Shown: positions 27,801 to 39,025 of the stretch, piece by piece
How positions within the stretch are numbered: position 1 is the stretch's first letter
Layout: every line of letters begins with the position of its first letter
Origin: Sphyrna mokarran
Lineage: Eukaryota
Direction of reading: 5' to 3'
Assembly (NCBI GenBank): GCA_024679065.1
Contig: JAGIQG010000009.1
Span: 91,450,001 to 91,514,000, forward strand
Length of the DNA: 64,000 nucleotides
The notes under the pieces: generated by a model
What the model was told of the DNA's origin: nothing
Seen by the model: the letters and a program-made list of their open reading frames with translations, nothing else
The model's database searches: none
Program-made: the position numbers and the translations under genes

Positions 27801-30800
27801 CCCACATTCATATGTGTGCCCAGGTGCCAGTGTAGATAGAGAGGGCAGGTAGGATTCAGATCTGTGTGGTGCCAGGGCAGCATCACAGTGTGCCGTAGAG
27901 TGAGTCATCATCACCCTCCTGCCTGGACCAAGGACTCACTAGCGTGCCCAGCCCACTCCCATCACCCTAGTGTGATGCCATTTGGATTCTTGTCCCCACC
28001 AGTCATCCCAGCAGCCTGAGCTGGTCCTCAAAGAGCCCGGGAGTGTCCGAACTCTAGAGGATGTAGCTGTTGTGCACACACTCCCTGGGTGTTGTACACA
28101 GACGTACATGATATTCAGCCTGTGGTCAAGGACAATCTGCACGTTCAGGAAGTGGAATCCCTTCCTATTGATGAAGTGCAGTCCCTGATCATGTAGGATC
28201 CATTGGATAATGTCAATGCCATCTCCAGCCCTCTGCACATGGGGCAGTGCAGTGATGGTGGTGAAACCTGCAGTCCGGGCTTCCTGTTGGGCCTGACCCA
28301 TGTTGAAGTGGATGTAATTGGCTGGATTCCTGGAAGGATCTGGTGGTGTAGACATTGAGGGCACTGTGACCTTCACTGCCACCGGGAGTGGGTGTCCTCC
28401 TGTGCCTCGAGTTCCCATGTCTGAGGAGCTGAAACAGGTGCCACACTGTCTCCTTACTGAGACAGAGCCTACAGCATCATGTGGCCTCCATCATCCCTGC
28501 AAAGCATCTACAAGTCCTGTACACACTGATCCTCCACCTCCTCCTTCCCCTGCCCCCCTCCCCTGTGGCAGGATGTGCTGCCATGTCCTGGCCCTGACCG
28601 GCAGCCCCCTGCCCTCCTGCTGTGGCTTCTCGTTCTGTTTGGCCTTGAACAGTCGTACACCTCCCTCCTCCTCCCTCCTGAATGACCGCTACAGTGACGG
28701 CCATTTCTATCGCTGCCAATCCAAAATCCATATCTGCACGGTGCAGGGGGGATGGCGGTGGTTCAAGTTGTAGACTTTCAGGGAGGTAGAAATATTTAGT
28801 ACACTTACCCAGCCCAGGCCCCCCACCCACTCCCAGTAACCGGCATCCCCATGAGTCTGGACACTGGCAACTCAACATAGTGCCATGAGTCATCTAAATG
28901 GGTTGTCTACTGTTGACATCCTGGCCACGGCACGCAGGGAGGGCGTAGAAGTGGGTTTGCCAGGCTACCCATTGCGGACCCTTGAGGCTTGGGTATGGGT
29001 GCTATCACCGCAGTACCTTCCAGGTATATGTTGCATTTCTGACAGTCGGGACAGGGGCAGACTCGTGACTATCACAGGATGGGTTCCCATTGCAGGCAGC
29101 AGTGCAGAGTCCAGGCAGTGTGAAGAACCATGTTAACAACTGCACAGCTCCTGTGCTTGAAGCAGCAACTGACAGAGCTGTTGACTGTTACTGTTACTGG
29201 GCCCTGGGATACAAGGTCTGGAGTCAGCTGCAGTGCCTGTCCAGCAGACAGACAGCAAAACAAACAGGTCAATATTTGTGGGTTGGTGATGAACATTATG
29301 TGGCACCTTTCGGGGGTCTCTGTGTAGCCAGGGGAAATGTGTGCACCATGAACCTGCTGTAAATGGTGACTCCCAGCACTGGTCCCCCTGGGGGAGGAGG
29401 TGGTGAAGTGGCCCTGTCACTGGACTAATCCAGAGACCCAGGGGAATACTCTGAGTACCTGGGTTCGATTCCCACCACGGCAATGGTGAAATTTGAATTC
29501 AATAGAAGTCTGGAATTAAAAATCTAATGGTGACCAGAAACTGTTATCTATTGTCACAAATACCCATCTGGCTCACTAATGTCCTTTAGGGAAGAAAATC
29601 TGCCATCCTTACCTGGTCTGTTCTACATGTGACTCCAGACCCACAGCAATGTGGTTGAGTTTTAAATGCTCTCAGGAATGGGTAATAAATGCTGGCCCAG
29701 CCAGTGACACCCACATCTCAGGAACAAATAAAAACTCCCCCACCCCACCCCAGCAACATTGCAGCCCCTGAGTGTCCGGTGCCCCGTTTCCCCTGAATTC
29801 CGGGGGCTGCCGCTCAATGGGACTTTCCTCCTCACTCTCCTTCGCTATTGCTGCCCCAGGCCCAGACTTTTATAAACTATCTGTGATTCATGCTGGAGTG
29901 ACGTCACGCTGGAGAGGAGGGTAAGGTACGGGAGGGGGAAAAGGGCCGTGCCAAACTCTAATGATATGTAAACCTATTCAGATCCATGGAAATTGACATC
30001 CCGCTGGAAAAAATGGCTGGGAGAATCCTGAACCACCTGACGCCAGGCATAAATTCGATTGTTTGGCTCACGGCCTACTTCCCAACCAATGCAGCAGGGT
30101 GGAAAGATCACAGCACCAAGGGCCTGGGTTCAGTTTCCAGCTTGGGTCACTGTCTGTGTGGAAGTTGCATGTTCTACCAGTGTGTGCGTGGGTTTGCTCC
30201 GGGTGCTCCATTTTCCTCCCACAATCCAAAATGTGCAGCTTAGTGAATGGCCATAGAAAATTGCCCCTTAGTGTCAGTGATACTATTAGGGTAAATGCAT
30301 GGGGTTATGGGAATAGGGTCTGGGTGGCATTGTGATCAGTGCAGACTTGATGGGCCGAAAGGCCTCCTTCTGCACTGTAAAGATTCTATGATTCTGTGAG
30401 GGAGATGGACAATCCAGAGCAGGATCTCCACTGACTCTCACAGAGCTTTTTAATTCCCCTTTATATATGGGTCATGAGTATACACTCAGTTTGGACAAGT
30501 CTAGGAATCACCAGGCAGGAATATTCCTATTTAAATTTTACTCCCAGCTGTGGCTGCGTGGAAACACTCTCACCTCTGACTCAGTATGTTCTGGTCCTGG
30601 TAATGGGATGGGAATAATTAATGATCTCACAGTTAAGGAACCTTTTGGAAGAAGGGAACCCTTTTGGAAGGGTTGAATTTAAAATACAGATGGAAGGTGA
30701 GAAGGTAAAATCCAATACCAATGTCTTGTGCTTAAACAAAGGAGACAATAAAGGGATGAAGGAGGAGTGGCTAAGGTAGACTGGGGGCAAAAATATTTTG

Positions 30801-32761
30801 TTTCTTCCCACATTTTGTCCTTGTTCTCTCCTTCTCAGACTCCTTAATTGATTCTCATCCCCCTGGCATTATTAGTTTAAACCCTCTCCAACTGCTTCAG
30901 CAAACACACCCTCTCGGACATCAGTCCCAGTCCTGCCCAGGTGTAATCTGTCCAATTTATACAGGTCCCACCTCCCCCAGAACCGGTCCCAATGCCCCAG
31001 GAATCTGAAACCCTTTCCCTGACACCATCTCTTCAACCATGTATTTATCCAATATCTCCTCTCATTTCTAATCTGACTAACACATGGCCCCGCTAATAAT
31101 CCTGAAATCACTACCTTTAAGATCCGATTTCTTAACTTTCTTCCTAGTTCCCTGAATCGTGCTTTTAGGACCTCATCCCTTTTTATAACCTTTGTCATTT
31201 GTACCAACATGTGCTACAATCACTGACTGTTTGCCCTTCCCCTTCACAATGTCCTGCAGCCACTCTGAGACATCCTTGACCCTAACACCACGGAGGCAAC
31301 ATATCGTCCTGGAGTCTCATTTGCATCCAAAGAAATGCCTGTCTATTGCCCTTACAATTGAATCCCCTATAACTATTGCACTGGTACACTTTTTACCCCT
31401 CCCCTCTGCAACAGAACAAACCTTTGTGCAACGAGTTTAGCTGCTGCTGCTTTCCCTAGAGAGGTCATTCCCCTCAACAGTATCCAAAGCGGTATGCCTA
31501 TTTTACAGGGGAATGGTCACTGGAGATTCCTGCACTACCTGCCTATCTCTCTTGCTCTGTCTGATGGTCACCCATTCTTTTCCTGCCTGTGGAGTCTGAG
31601 CCTGCAGTGTGACCAACTCTCTATACCTGCTATACCTGACTCGTGGATGCTTCACAGTGTCTCCATCTGCCGCTCCAGTTCTGAAACTCAAGCTTCCAGG
31701 AGCTGTAGCTGGAGACACTTCCCCTACACATACTGACCCAGGAGACTGGAACTGTCCCCAGCCTGTCACATGGAGCAAAAAGAACTAACCACTGCTTGGA
31801 GCTCTCCTATCATGTCTTACCCCTTTCAATTAAACTTTTGAAAGATCTTTTGTTTCCGATATATACAATTTTCTTTCTTTCCTGCTCCTTGTTACTACCG
31901 AGTATAATCCTTTCGAACTATAAACCACAGAAATTATACAGAAACACTATAATAGTGTACACCAACTACAATGCCAAAAGCAAAAAGAAACAATATTTAT
32001 CAATCAGCACTCTCGCTTGTAGCCTCTGCTGCCTGTTTCACCTAACTCCCTGTGTCCATCCAACTCCCAAAGCACTCCTCACAGTCAGACAGTACTCTGT
32101 ACAGGAAAAATATAACAGTGAGCCAGCCAGGAGCTGAACCTGGGATGTTCTGATCTTGTTCCCTGCTGTTAATATTTTATCTTTTCCTCTTTGGTACTAC
32201 AAAGTATTTACTAAATCTCCTGTGTTATCTACAGTCTGCTTGTCAATCTTTAATGGTTTTATATCTCACAGAATCACTCATTTACTGTTAATATATTTCT
32301 ATAAACTTTTACTATTAGTCTTTGTATCACCTGCACATTTTCACTGTGTCCTTTATCTCAATTTAATCTTTCTGTTCCTCCATTCTTCCCTCTGTTTCTG
32401 GACATTTCCACTTTAATTGCTCCAAGCTTCTCTGATCAGGTGTTTTGAACATACAAACATGGAGCAGGAGTAGGCCATTCGGCCCCTCGAGTCTGCTCTG
32501 TCATTCTGTGGCTGATGTGATTGTGATCTGAACTCTACTTTCCTCTCAATCTCTCTGTACACTTTCACTCCCTTGTCAGTCATGATGTTATCTAACAGAT
32601 ACACAATAATGTCTGAGTGAACATCACCCATTTCAAACTCTCACCAAAAGATTCAAATTCACCCCAGAGAGAGAGAGAGTGAGAATAGGAGAGTGAATTC
32701 TGTACTTACCGGGAGAGACCCAGGAAAAACACAGGGAGATGGAGAAAAGGATCAGCAACAT
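6757..32761 (-). CDS. Non-classical MHC class I heavy chain, gene A (6 exons, ~340 aa, apparently intact)
   Basis: Exons 32761-32710 (52 nt), 15672-15412 (261), 8351-8076 (276), 7958-7680 (279), 7317-7207 (111) and 6800-6757 (44) sum to 1023 nt, all phase 1 with GT-AG boundaries and no internal stop. Domain order is leader-a1-a2-a3(IgC1)-TM-cyt. Which leader is used is inferred. Confidence 0.88.
7207..7317 (-). CDS. Gene A connecting peptide/transmembrane exon
   Basis: EIPGNSEGRFHLGIIIGSVIAALAVIFGIIIWKRQQR: hydrophobic span then basic stop-transfer; tttcag| and G|gtaaga. Confidence 0.9.
7680..7958 (-). CDS. Gene A alpha3 (Ig C1) exon
   Basis: LSCLVTGFYPVDIEVNWLRNG...PNHDGTHQ...YSCQIEHSSL; canonical C1-set Cys-Trp-Cys; ttacag| and G|gtaagg boundaries. 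Confidence 0.95.
8076..8351 (-). CDS. Gene A alpha2 exon
   Basis: tgacag|GA...AAAA|gtattg; GIHVFQW...GFDGKDHISLE...TKEKWD...YLKAGKEYFERK; 92 codons; no Cys. Confidence 0.92.
8725..10300 (+). mobile_element. Decayed CR1 ORF2 fragments in gene A intron 2, interrupted at ~9565-9890
   Basis: [51 protein letters not shown]. Confidence 0.88.
13802..14156 (+). mobile_element. Possible solo LTR
   Basis: ~350 bp with a TATA-like tatttaaa, AATAAA near the 3' end and terminal ...ttataCA; the 5' TG and target-site duplication are not clear. Confidence 0.3.
14565..14880 (-). mobile_element. tRNA-derived SINE (HE1-like)
   Basis: Head gtggcacagtggcacaatggttagcagtgctgcc...gggttcatttccggcctcgggtcactgtctgt on the minus strand. 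Confidence 0.75.
15412..15672 (-). CDS. Gene A alpha1 exon
   Basis: ttttacag|AT...TCCG|gtaaga; DTDSLTVIYTAISG...PEV...YHDT...IPRQQFM...EEYWEQ...NTNQTS, with the conserved end-of-alpha1 N-glycan sequon; 87 codons. Confidence 0.92.
16940..19500 (-). mobile_element. CR1 LINE with ORF1 (zinc-finger/esterase-like) and internally deleted ORF2
   Basis: ORF1 CFRCHMWE..C..YLELQHL and VACLPGAGVQGV..IILYIGEKDVG; APE fragments (CFNTRSV, VAVTETWL); ORF 16960-17247 fuses KENPKAFYSY directly to the RT C-terminus. Confidence 0.88.
20745..22735 (-). mobile_element. CR1 LINE ORF2, decayed
   Basis: QHGFTKGRSCLTNLVEFFE, SKFTDDTKMGG, DWKTTNVMPLFKKG; tail ttcttatgttctta at ~20745. Confidence 0.9.
22736..23290 (-). 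promoter_or_regulatory. Orphan, decayed copy of the class I promoter/upstream module (leader deleted)
   Basis: 22771-23290 aligns to 33126-33630. X-like CCTGGTAACTAG is kept, the Y box is replaced by an AATTA tract, and 22736-22760 matches intron-1 sequence 32378-32402. Confidence 0.65.
23590..25136 (+). mobile_element. CR1 LINE ORF2, decayed, truncated by a Penelope insertion
   Basis: IKENPKDFHTY, KSPGSEGIYPRILRE, TSGVPQGSVL; paralogous start at ~51915. Confidence 0.88.
25137..27275 (+). mobile_element. Penelope-like retroelement with inverted terminal (pLTR) arrangement
   Basis: IVNLSDYTLQPDEIEVLSRGLNFCPT and RT motifs PIVSGNG...LITMDISVLYTNIP; 25137-25260 is the reverse complement of ~25650-25779; minus-strand GIY-YIG C-terminal-like fragment VLQGGLHNTQQRR. 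Confidence 0.88.
27700..28900 (-). mobile_element. PIF/Harbinger transposase relic (HARBI1-like), copy A
   Basis: FINRKGFHFLNVQIVLDHRLNIMYVCVQHPGSV matches the Harbinger DDE motif NRKGxHSxNVQ...PGS; frameshifted. Confidence 0.85.
29395..29720 (+). mobile_element. tRNA-derived SINE (SacSINE1/DeuSINE-like); paralog at 58385-58710
   Basis: Pol III A box tggtg(a/t)agtgg and B box g(g/a)ttcga(a/t)tccc, followed by the core ...catctggctcactaatgtcctttagg... Confidence 0.7.
30860..31800 (-). mobile_element. CR1 ORF1 (esterase-like) fragment
   Basis: FRELGRKLRNRILKVVISGLL...WLKRWCQGKGFRFLGHW...LYKLDRLHL. Confidence 0.85.
32710..32761 (-). CDS. Class I signal-peptide exon, copy 1 (MLLILFSISLCFSWVSP/G)
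   Basis: ATG at 32761, 17 hydrophobic codons plus 1 nt, donor G|gtaagt; phase 1 matches the alpha1 exon. Confidence 0.85.
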
Positions 32762-32869
32762 TCTGGGAATCCACTGTCCCAATTCCAATCAGTGACTGGG
32801 AATTAAACACTTGAAGCAACTTGATAAACTCCAGCTTTCAGCTTTCAACTCCAGCTTTCAACTCCAGAT

Positions 32870-33050
32870 AAACTCCAGCCCTGCCTGCGGCAGTTGTGAA
32901 TGCGCCAAGTTTGGTGCCGTTTAAGAGGTTAGTTGATACGTATATGGAAGAGAAGGGAATGGTTTAGTTTGGAGGGTCATTGCTTTTTATATTGGTCGGC
33001 GCAACATCGAAGGCCGAAGGGCCTGTTCTGTGCTGTAATGTTCTATGTAA
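32870..33050 (+). mobile_element. Young CR1 3' end inserted between the promoter module and leader copy 1
   Basis: Matches 50595-50777 (ccctgcctgc...gttctatg tail). Confidence 0.85.
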
Positions 33051-33143
33051 ACTGGGGGAAAAACATGAAAAAAACAAAAACCTTATCCAAATTCCATTTT
33101 CCCGTCTAAATTGAGCATTTCCTTCTTGCAGAACCAGAGGATG

Positions 33144-33237
33144 ATTGGTTAGTCTCAGAAAACTAACCAATGAAAGAGATAAACAGCCAGCTTGTCACTA
33201 GTTACCAGGAAGATCAAACTCAGACAGGATCAGGTTC
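33144..33237 (-). promoter_or_regulatory. Putative S-X-Y/CCAAT MHC promoter module upstream of leader copy 1
   Basis: Minus strand: S-like GAACCTG/GATCCTG, 15 nt, X1-like CCTGGTAACTAGTG (33209-33196) overlapping X2-like TGACAAG, 24 nt to ATTGG (Y box, 33171-33167), then CCAAT (33148-33144). Order and spacing resemble mammalian SXY modules. Confidence 0.6.
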
Positions 33238-33599
33238 AGGCTGAAAAAAATCTAATCTTTACCCAGCACCTTTCACAAAGTGAAACCTCCCCAAGGACAG
33301 CTTTATAAAACAAAGATTGAGCCAGAGACACACACAGCTCAGTGCATAAAAACTGTCTCCAAATTCCAGGGTTGAAGGAGGGTTTTAAAGAGAGGCTGCA
33401 GAGAGGTGTAGGGAGGGATTGCAGAGTGAAGGACCGAGGTTACTGAAGGCACATTCCCCAGTGTGGGGGAGATTCTAATCCCTGATACTGGAGATATCAG
33501 AATGAGAGGAACACAGAGATCTCACAGAGTTTGTGAAACTGGAGGAGATTACAGAAATAGGAAGATGCGAAGACATGGAGAGATTTCAATTTTAAAATC

Positions 33600-33980
33600 C
33601 GGGGCAGAGGGAATAGTGCCTTTAATTCAAAGAGAATGGAATATAAAAGTAGGGAAGGCTTTATAAAACTATTCAAGGCACCAATTAAACAACATCTGGA
33701 AAATTGTGGTCAGTTTTAGTGCCCTTATCTAAGGGAAAATATACTGGCGTTGGAAGCAGCCCAGAGGAGGTTTAGTCGGTTGAGCCCAGGTTTCAAGGGA
33801 CTTTCTTATGAGGAGAGGTTGAGTAGATTGGCCCTGTACTCATTGGAGATGAGAAGAATGAGAGGTGAACTTATTGAGATGTATAAGATTCCCAGAGGGT
33901 TTGACAGGCTAGATGTTGAGAAGGTGTTTCCTCCTATGGGAGAGTCTCAGATCAGAGCAGAGAATCTCAGAGTAAGGTGT
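33600..33980 (+). mobile_element. CR1 ORF2 C-terminal fragment
   Basis: EAAQRRFSRLSPGFKGLSYEERLSRLALYSLE. Confidence 0.85.
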
Positions 33981-34067
33981 CACCCATTTCAAACTCTCAC
34001 CAAAAGATTCAAATACACCCCAGAGACTCAGAGAGAGTGAGAATAGGAGAGTGAATTCTGTACTTAC

Positions 34068-34119
34068 CGGGAGAGACCCAGCAAAAACACAGGGAGATGG
34101 AGAAAAGGATCAGCAACAT
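34068..34119 (-). CDS. Class I signal-peptide exon, copy 2 (MLLILFSISLCFCWVSP/G)
   Basis: Near-identical 52-nt exon with donor G|gtaagt; flanking intron 33980-34067 matches 32622-32709. Confidence 0.8.
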
Positions 34120-34349
34120 TCTGGGAATCCACTGTCCGAATTCTGTCAGTAACTGGGAATTAAACATTCGAAGGAGGAAACTAACATTGTTTATTGTGAT
34201 TGGAAAACACAAAAAAATGTTGATAAGGGCTCCAGTTTCCTGTCTTCATTAAAATGTGATCAGTTCCCTGACGTTAAGCCACACAGTCATAGGGTGAATG
34301 ATTGATTAGTGTCAGAAAAACAGCCGATGAAAGGGAAGGAATTTCTAAT

Positions 34350-34935
34350 GTTTATTTGTTTTTCACAACTAGGCTTACATTAATACTGCAATGAAGTTAC
34401 TGTGAAAATCCCGAGTTGCCACACTCCGGCACCTGTTCAGGTACACTGAGGGAGAATTTACATAGAACATAGAACATAGAACATTACAGCACAGAACAGG
34501 CCCTTCGGCCTTTGATGTTGCGCCGACCAATATAAAAAGCAATGCCCCTCCAAACTAAACCATTCCCTTCTCTTCCATATACTTATCAACTAAGTCCTTC
34601 AATACCCTCATCCAGATCATTTATAAAAATTACAAACAGCAGGGGCCCCAAAACAGACCCCTGAGGTATGCCACTTGTCCCCGAACTCCACGATGAATAT
34701 CTCCCATCAACCACCACCCTCTGTCTTCTATCTGCTAGCCAATTCCTAACCCAATTAGCTAAATCACCCTCTATCCCATAAATCTGCATTTTCTGCAGAA
34801 GTCTTCCATGGGCCACCTTATCAAACGCCTTACTAAAGTCCATATATACCACATCAACCGCCTTACCCCCATCCACCTCCTTAGTCACTTTTTCAAAAAA
34901 CTCAATGAGGTTAGTAAGGCACGACCTACACTTAG
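34350..34935 (-). mobile_element. SINE fragment plus internally deleted young CR1
   Basis: (catagaa)n tail at 34460; [15 protein letters not shown]...[21 protein letters not shown] joined directly to the 3' end. Confidence 0.85.
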
Positions 34936-35334
34936 CATGGCTAATTCACCTATCCTGTCACCAGTTATCAGGAAATTGTCCATTTCCAGTTCCGACACTT
35001 CCATGTTGAGTTTCCTCCCCGTCAGGAATGGACACAAAAGGGGCTTGAAAATGATGAAGAAGCCACACTGCAAACAACCATCATTTTAGCTGCTGCAGGC
35101 TTTGGGCCTAGTCAGGCCATCTGCCCCCACAAGGGTACAGACTGTTAGACTTATTAAAAACCTTGTTAAACTGCAATTTTTCCAGTCCGCTTTAGGTTTT
35201 CGAATTTGAAATTGAGCAGACGAATGGTCTGGTGTGAGCACCCAGCAGTTGGCCAGGGAGGACAGTCCTCCCACAGTCCCTTTCAGCTTGCCTGGCTGTA
35301 AGAGCAGACCCAGTTTGCCCTGTAGATGGACATT

Positions 35335-35890
35335 CCCCTCCCTCACCACACTCCCCCTCACCACACTCGTCCTCACCACACTCCCCCTCACCACACTTCC
35401 CCTCACCCCCATAATGGTGGCCTGGCTTCTTTCCTGGTTTATTGTGATGTTTTTCTGAAGTGACTATCATGGACCTTCCTGTTGTAGCAGTTTCTCAGTT
35501 ACACACCCTGTACTGTAGCTGGGTGCTTGTCGAAAGCTGGAGGAATCCAGATTGGTTCTTGGGGAACCTGCCCACTGTTCTTAATTGTGAGGGAAATGGT
35601 TTCCATGCCAATTATAAATGTTCCCCCACAGAAAATCCTTAACTGTGACCTGCATCTGTGTGTATACATCTCTCTGTGTAGCTGTATGTGTGTGTACAAG
35701 CATGTGTGTATTTATGTGGGTATGTGAGCATGTGTGTGCTTATTTGCACGCCAGTGTGTGCGCGTATCTTGTGTGCGTATGTATCTCTGTGTCTGTGTGT
35801 TTGCATATGTGTGTTTACTTATGTCTGTTTGTTTGTGTGTGCGCGCGCAAGCTGCTATATATGTGCATGCTTACGTGAGGTTGTATGTGC
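35335..35890. repeat. Paralogous 15-mer array plus degenerate GT microsatellite
   Basis: Matches 36-680. Confidence 0.85.
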
Positions 35891-38155
35891 ATCCTCACTC
35901 CATAACCCATTCAATTATCAATTACAATTTAAATGAAAAACTTGCAATAATTCTACAAACACTGTAAGACTGTTAAATTATTCAATTTCTTTCCAGTTGC
36001 CTCTTTTTTAGTCTCAATAGCATGTGAAAATTACTGGCTAGGCCAGCATTTATTGCCCATCCCTCGTTGCCCTTCACAATGCTATTAGAGTGGGATTTCC
36101 AGGGTTTTGACCCAGTGATGGTGAAGAAACAACAGATATATTTCCAAGTTAGGATGGTGTGTGTCTTGGAGTGGAACCTCCAGGTAGTGTGTGTTCTCAC
36201 TCTCACCTCACCTTGGGAACTCAGCTCTTTTGTCCATGTTTAAATCAAACCTGTACTGAGAACAGGAACTGAGTGACCCTGGAGGAACCCAAACTGGGTG
36301 TCACTGAGCAGGTTATTGCTGAGTAAGTGCTGCTTGATGACACTGTTGATGAACCTTCATCACTTTACTGAGATTGACAGCAGACTTATTGGGCTGTAAT
36401 TGCCTGGGTTAAATTTGTCCTGATCCTAGTGTACAGCACATACCTGGGCAATTTTATACATTGCCATTCTTCTCACTGTATTGGAACAGCTTGGCTAGGG
36501 GAGCAGCGAGTTCTGGAGCACAAGTCTTCAACATTATTGCCAGGATATTGTCTTTCCACACCAACACACTCACTTTGAGGTTCCCTACACTTCTCATTAC
36601 TGAGAAGCTGGTGAGCTTCACCTCCAGCTCACTGGGAAATGTGCTGAAGTTTGATTCTCTAAAGTTAGGACATGGCTTCCTCTCCTCTGCCTCTCACACT
36701 GACATCTTCAGTTAACAAGTCAATCAATGCTGATGGAAAATAGTGAATGATGCTGACATTTGGTCTGAAGTCAGCAAGTTCACATTAGATTGAACCTCAA
36801 CAACTGTCCAATCCAATCGTCACAAGCTGCTGAGTGAATGAATTAAACCTTTCCCGTGAAATCAGTGAAGGAGAATTCAGAGAAGGCAAACACTGACAAT
36901 TATTTATTGATTACAATCCACAGTTATGGTGTTTCACTATGATCCTGATTATAGATTTTCCTCCCTGAACGTGTTATAACATTAAAATAAACAATCGTAG
37001 AACACATCAAATATGACATTACATAAACAGCAAAATGGGCCAGTGTGTAATAATTTAAATTCTGACATTCTGTAGTGTCTCACTACACTGAGTTACAATT
37101 TAGATTGGCAATATTAATATCTCAGCAATATTCACACTGAGAGTTTTGACATGTTTTTCAGCCATTCCCTATAGCTATAATGGGAAGTCTTTCACAACTG
37201 AGTGTCTCCAATGGCTGTTCCAATCTGTATTGTGCACCTCACCAGTATTCCTGGACCTTGAAATGTGCCAGTCTGAAAAAAATCCTTTGTCCTGGAAGAG
37301 CTGTGAGTTTCAGGCTGATTTTCACAGAGTTGTGGTCCTACAGCAGGAGATATGTTTATCCCAGTGTGTGTTCCTGGGAACAGCCTGTACAGCGTACAGT
37401 CCTGTATAAAGGAGCTGCTGGCATGAACATTCTGTGACTGTGTGGGAATTCATGAAATCAAATTTCATTTTACTTCATCTCATACACCTTATAAAGTGAA
37501 ATGGAAAACTTCCCAGCACCAGAAAAATGTTTCCAACATCCTGACTGTCTTCTCTGTTATCGGAGTATAAAACAATTATGTTATATACGAGTCCAAAAAA
37601 TCTGATTAAAATCTGCAAATATTTAGATATTTAAAACTCTGAGCAACCAGAAAGTAAGAAAAGTGCACAAAATGTGAATGTATTTCTTTCCCAATAATCT
37701 GTCCCTCAGTCACTCACTGGAGCTGTTGTGTACGTCCCACTTGGTGAATCTGCAGAAGTGAAATAAATGTCAGTTAGAATGGGGAATAATCCATTCTCAG
37801 AGAGTGAGAACACAACAAGTGTGAGGGAATGGAGATTGTGTGAGAAATACTCATTCTCACACTCCCCTCCATCCTTACACTTTATGGAGATCCTGTAGAT
37901 CTCTTCCATTCCATCCATATTCAGTAGGTGAGGATGTGAGTGTGTGCGGTGGCTTTAATGATCAATATTATACCTGGACTGGGCTGATCACACAAAGGAA
38001 GATGAGACAGGGGACAAGGTGTGTTTATACGTGTGTATCTGTGTGTGGGAATCAAAACAGTTCATTTAACACAGTGTCCTGTACTCCCAGTACTGGAGAT
38101 TCCCCACACTCACTCTGTCCCCTCAGTTCTACATTCCCCTCTATCTGATTCTTAC

Positions 38156-38265
38156 CTTTTGCTGTCTTTTCCAAATGATTATCCCAAATATAACAGCCAG
38201 TGCTTGGATCACTAATCCAATCAGAATTCCAAGATGGAAACGCCCTTCACTGTTTCCCGAGATTT
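38156..38265 (-). CDS. Gene B TM exon (1-nt deletion at 3' end, phase shift)
   Basis: EISGNSEGRFHLGILIGLVIQALAVIFGIIIWKRQQK|gtaaga ends in phase 0 instead of phase 1. Confidence 0.8.
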
Positions 38266-38629
38266 CTGAAACACATTTGAATAATATGAGGATTGTCTCT
38301 GTTCCCAGATCCATTCCCAGTTCTGTGTTCATTGGGGACAATTTGAACTGAAACCACCCCAGTCCAAATGGGATTGGTTGAAGCTTTGCTTTTACACTGG
38401 CCCCATGGTGGATAAAGGAGTGTCTATTGGATCTGCTCTGGATGGACTTCCAGAAATTCGTTGATGAAGTTCCACTCAAGAGATTCTTGACAATAATCAG
38501 AGTGTTTGGAGTTGAAGGGAATCTTTGCCATGAGGTGAAAATTGGTTGGCAGCGGCAGAAACAGGGAATGGAGAGAATGGGAATGTGCTCCCATACAAAC
38601 ACATGCACATATCCAGTACAGTTCCTTAC

Positions 38630-38908
38630 CCAACTGATGGAGCTTGGGCTCTGCCAGGCTGCTGTGTTCAATTTGACAGGAATATTGATCCTCATCCCCA
38701 GCATTTATTTCATTCTCTTTCTGGATCTGATGGCTCCCATCGTGGTTTGGTCGAACTCCCGAGGATAGTGTCTCAGACATTACCTCTCCATTCCTTAACC
38801 AGTTCACCTCAATGTCTACAGGATAAAAGCCAGTAACCAGGCAGGAGAGAGTGAGGGGCTTGTACTGACTATTGGGCTCACTTCTGGAGATGAAGACTTC
38901 AGGCTGAA
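38630..38908 (-). CDS. Gene B alpha3 exon
   Basis: 85/93 aa identical to gene A alpha3; intact GT-AG. Confidence 0.9.
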
Positions 38909-39025
38909 CTGTAATGGGAAAGGGTGAAAACACAAACAATAAACCCACACTGAATAGAATGGGGGAACGGTTTGATAAATCAGTGAAGTTAGAGCAGAAC
39001 ATGGACTTAAAACTGAATTCAGTAC

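Noticed and set aside
27939-28418. Host HARBI1 gene
   Set aside because: Frameshifted, lacks intact catalytic motifs, sits in an intron and is duplicated with the segment; a transposon relic.
29395-29480. tRNA gene
   Set aside because: The A/B boxes belong to a SINE head; no cloverleaf, and it continues into a SINE body.
6757-32761. Classical class I (UAA), CD1, MR1 or class II assignment
   Set aside because: Missing Y7/R84/Y159 and the alpha2 disulfide argue against classical; the three-domain class I layout excludes class II; a lineage symbol cannot be assigned without phylogeny.
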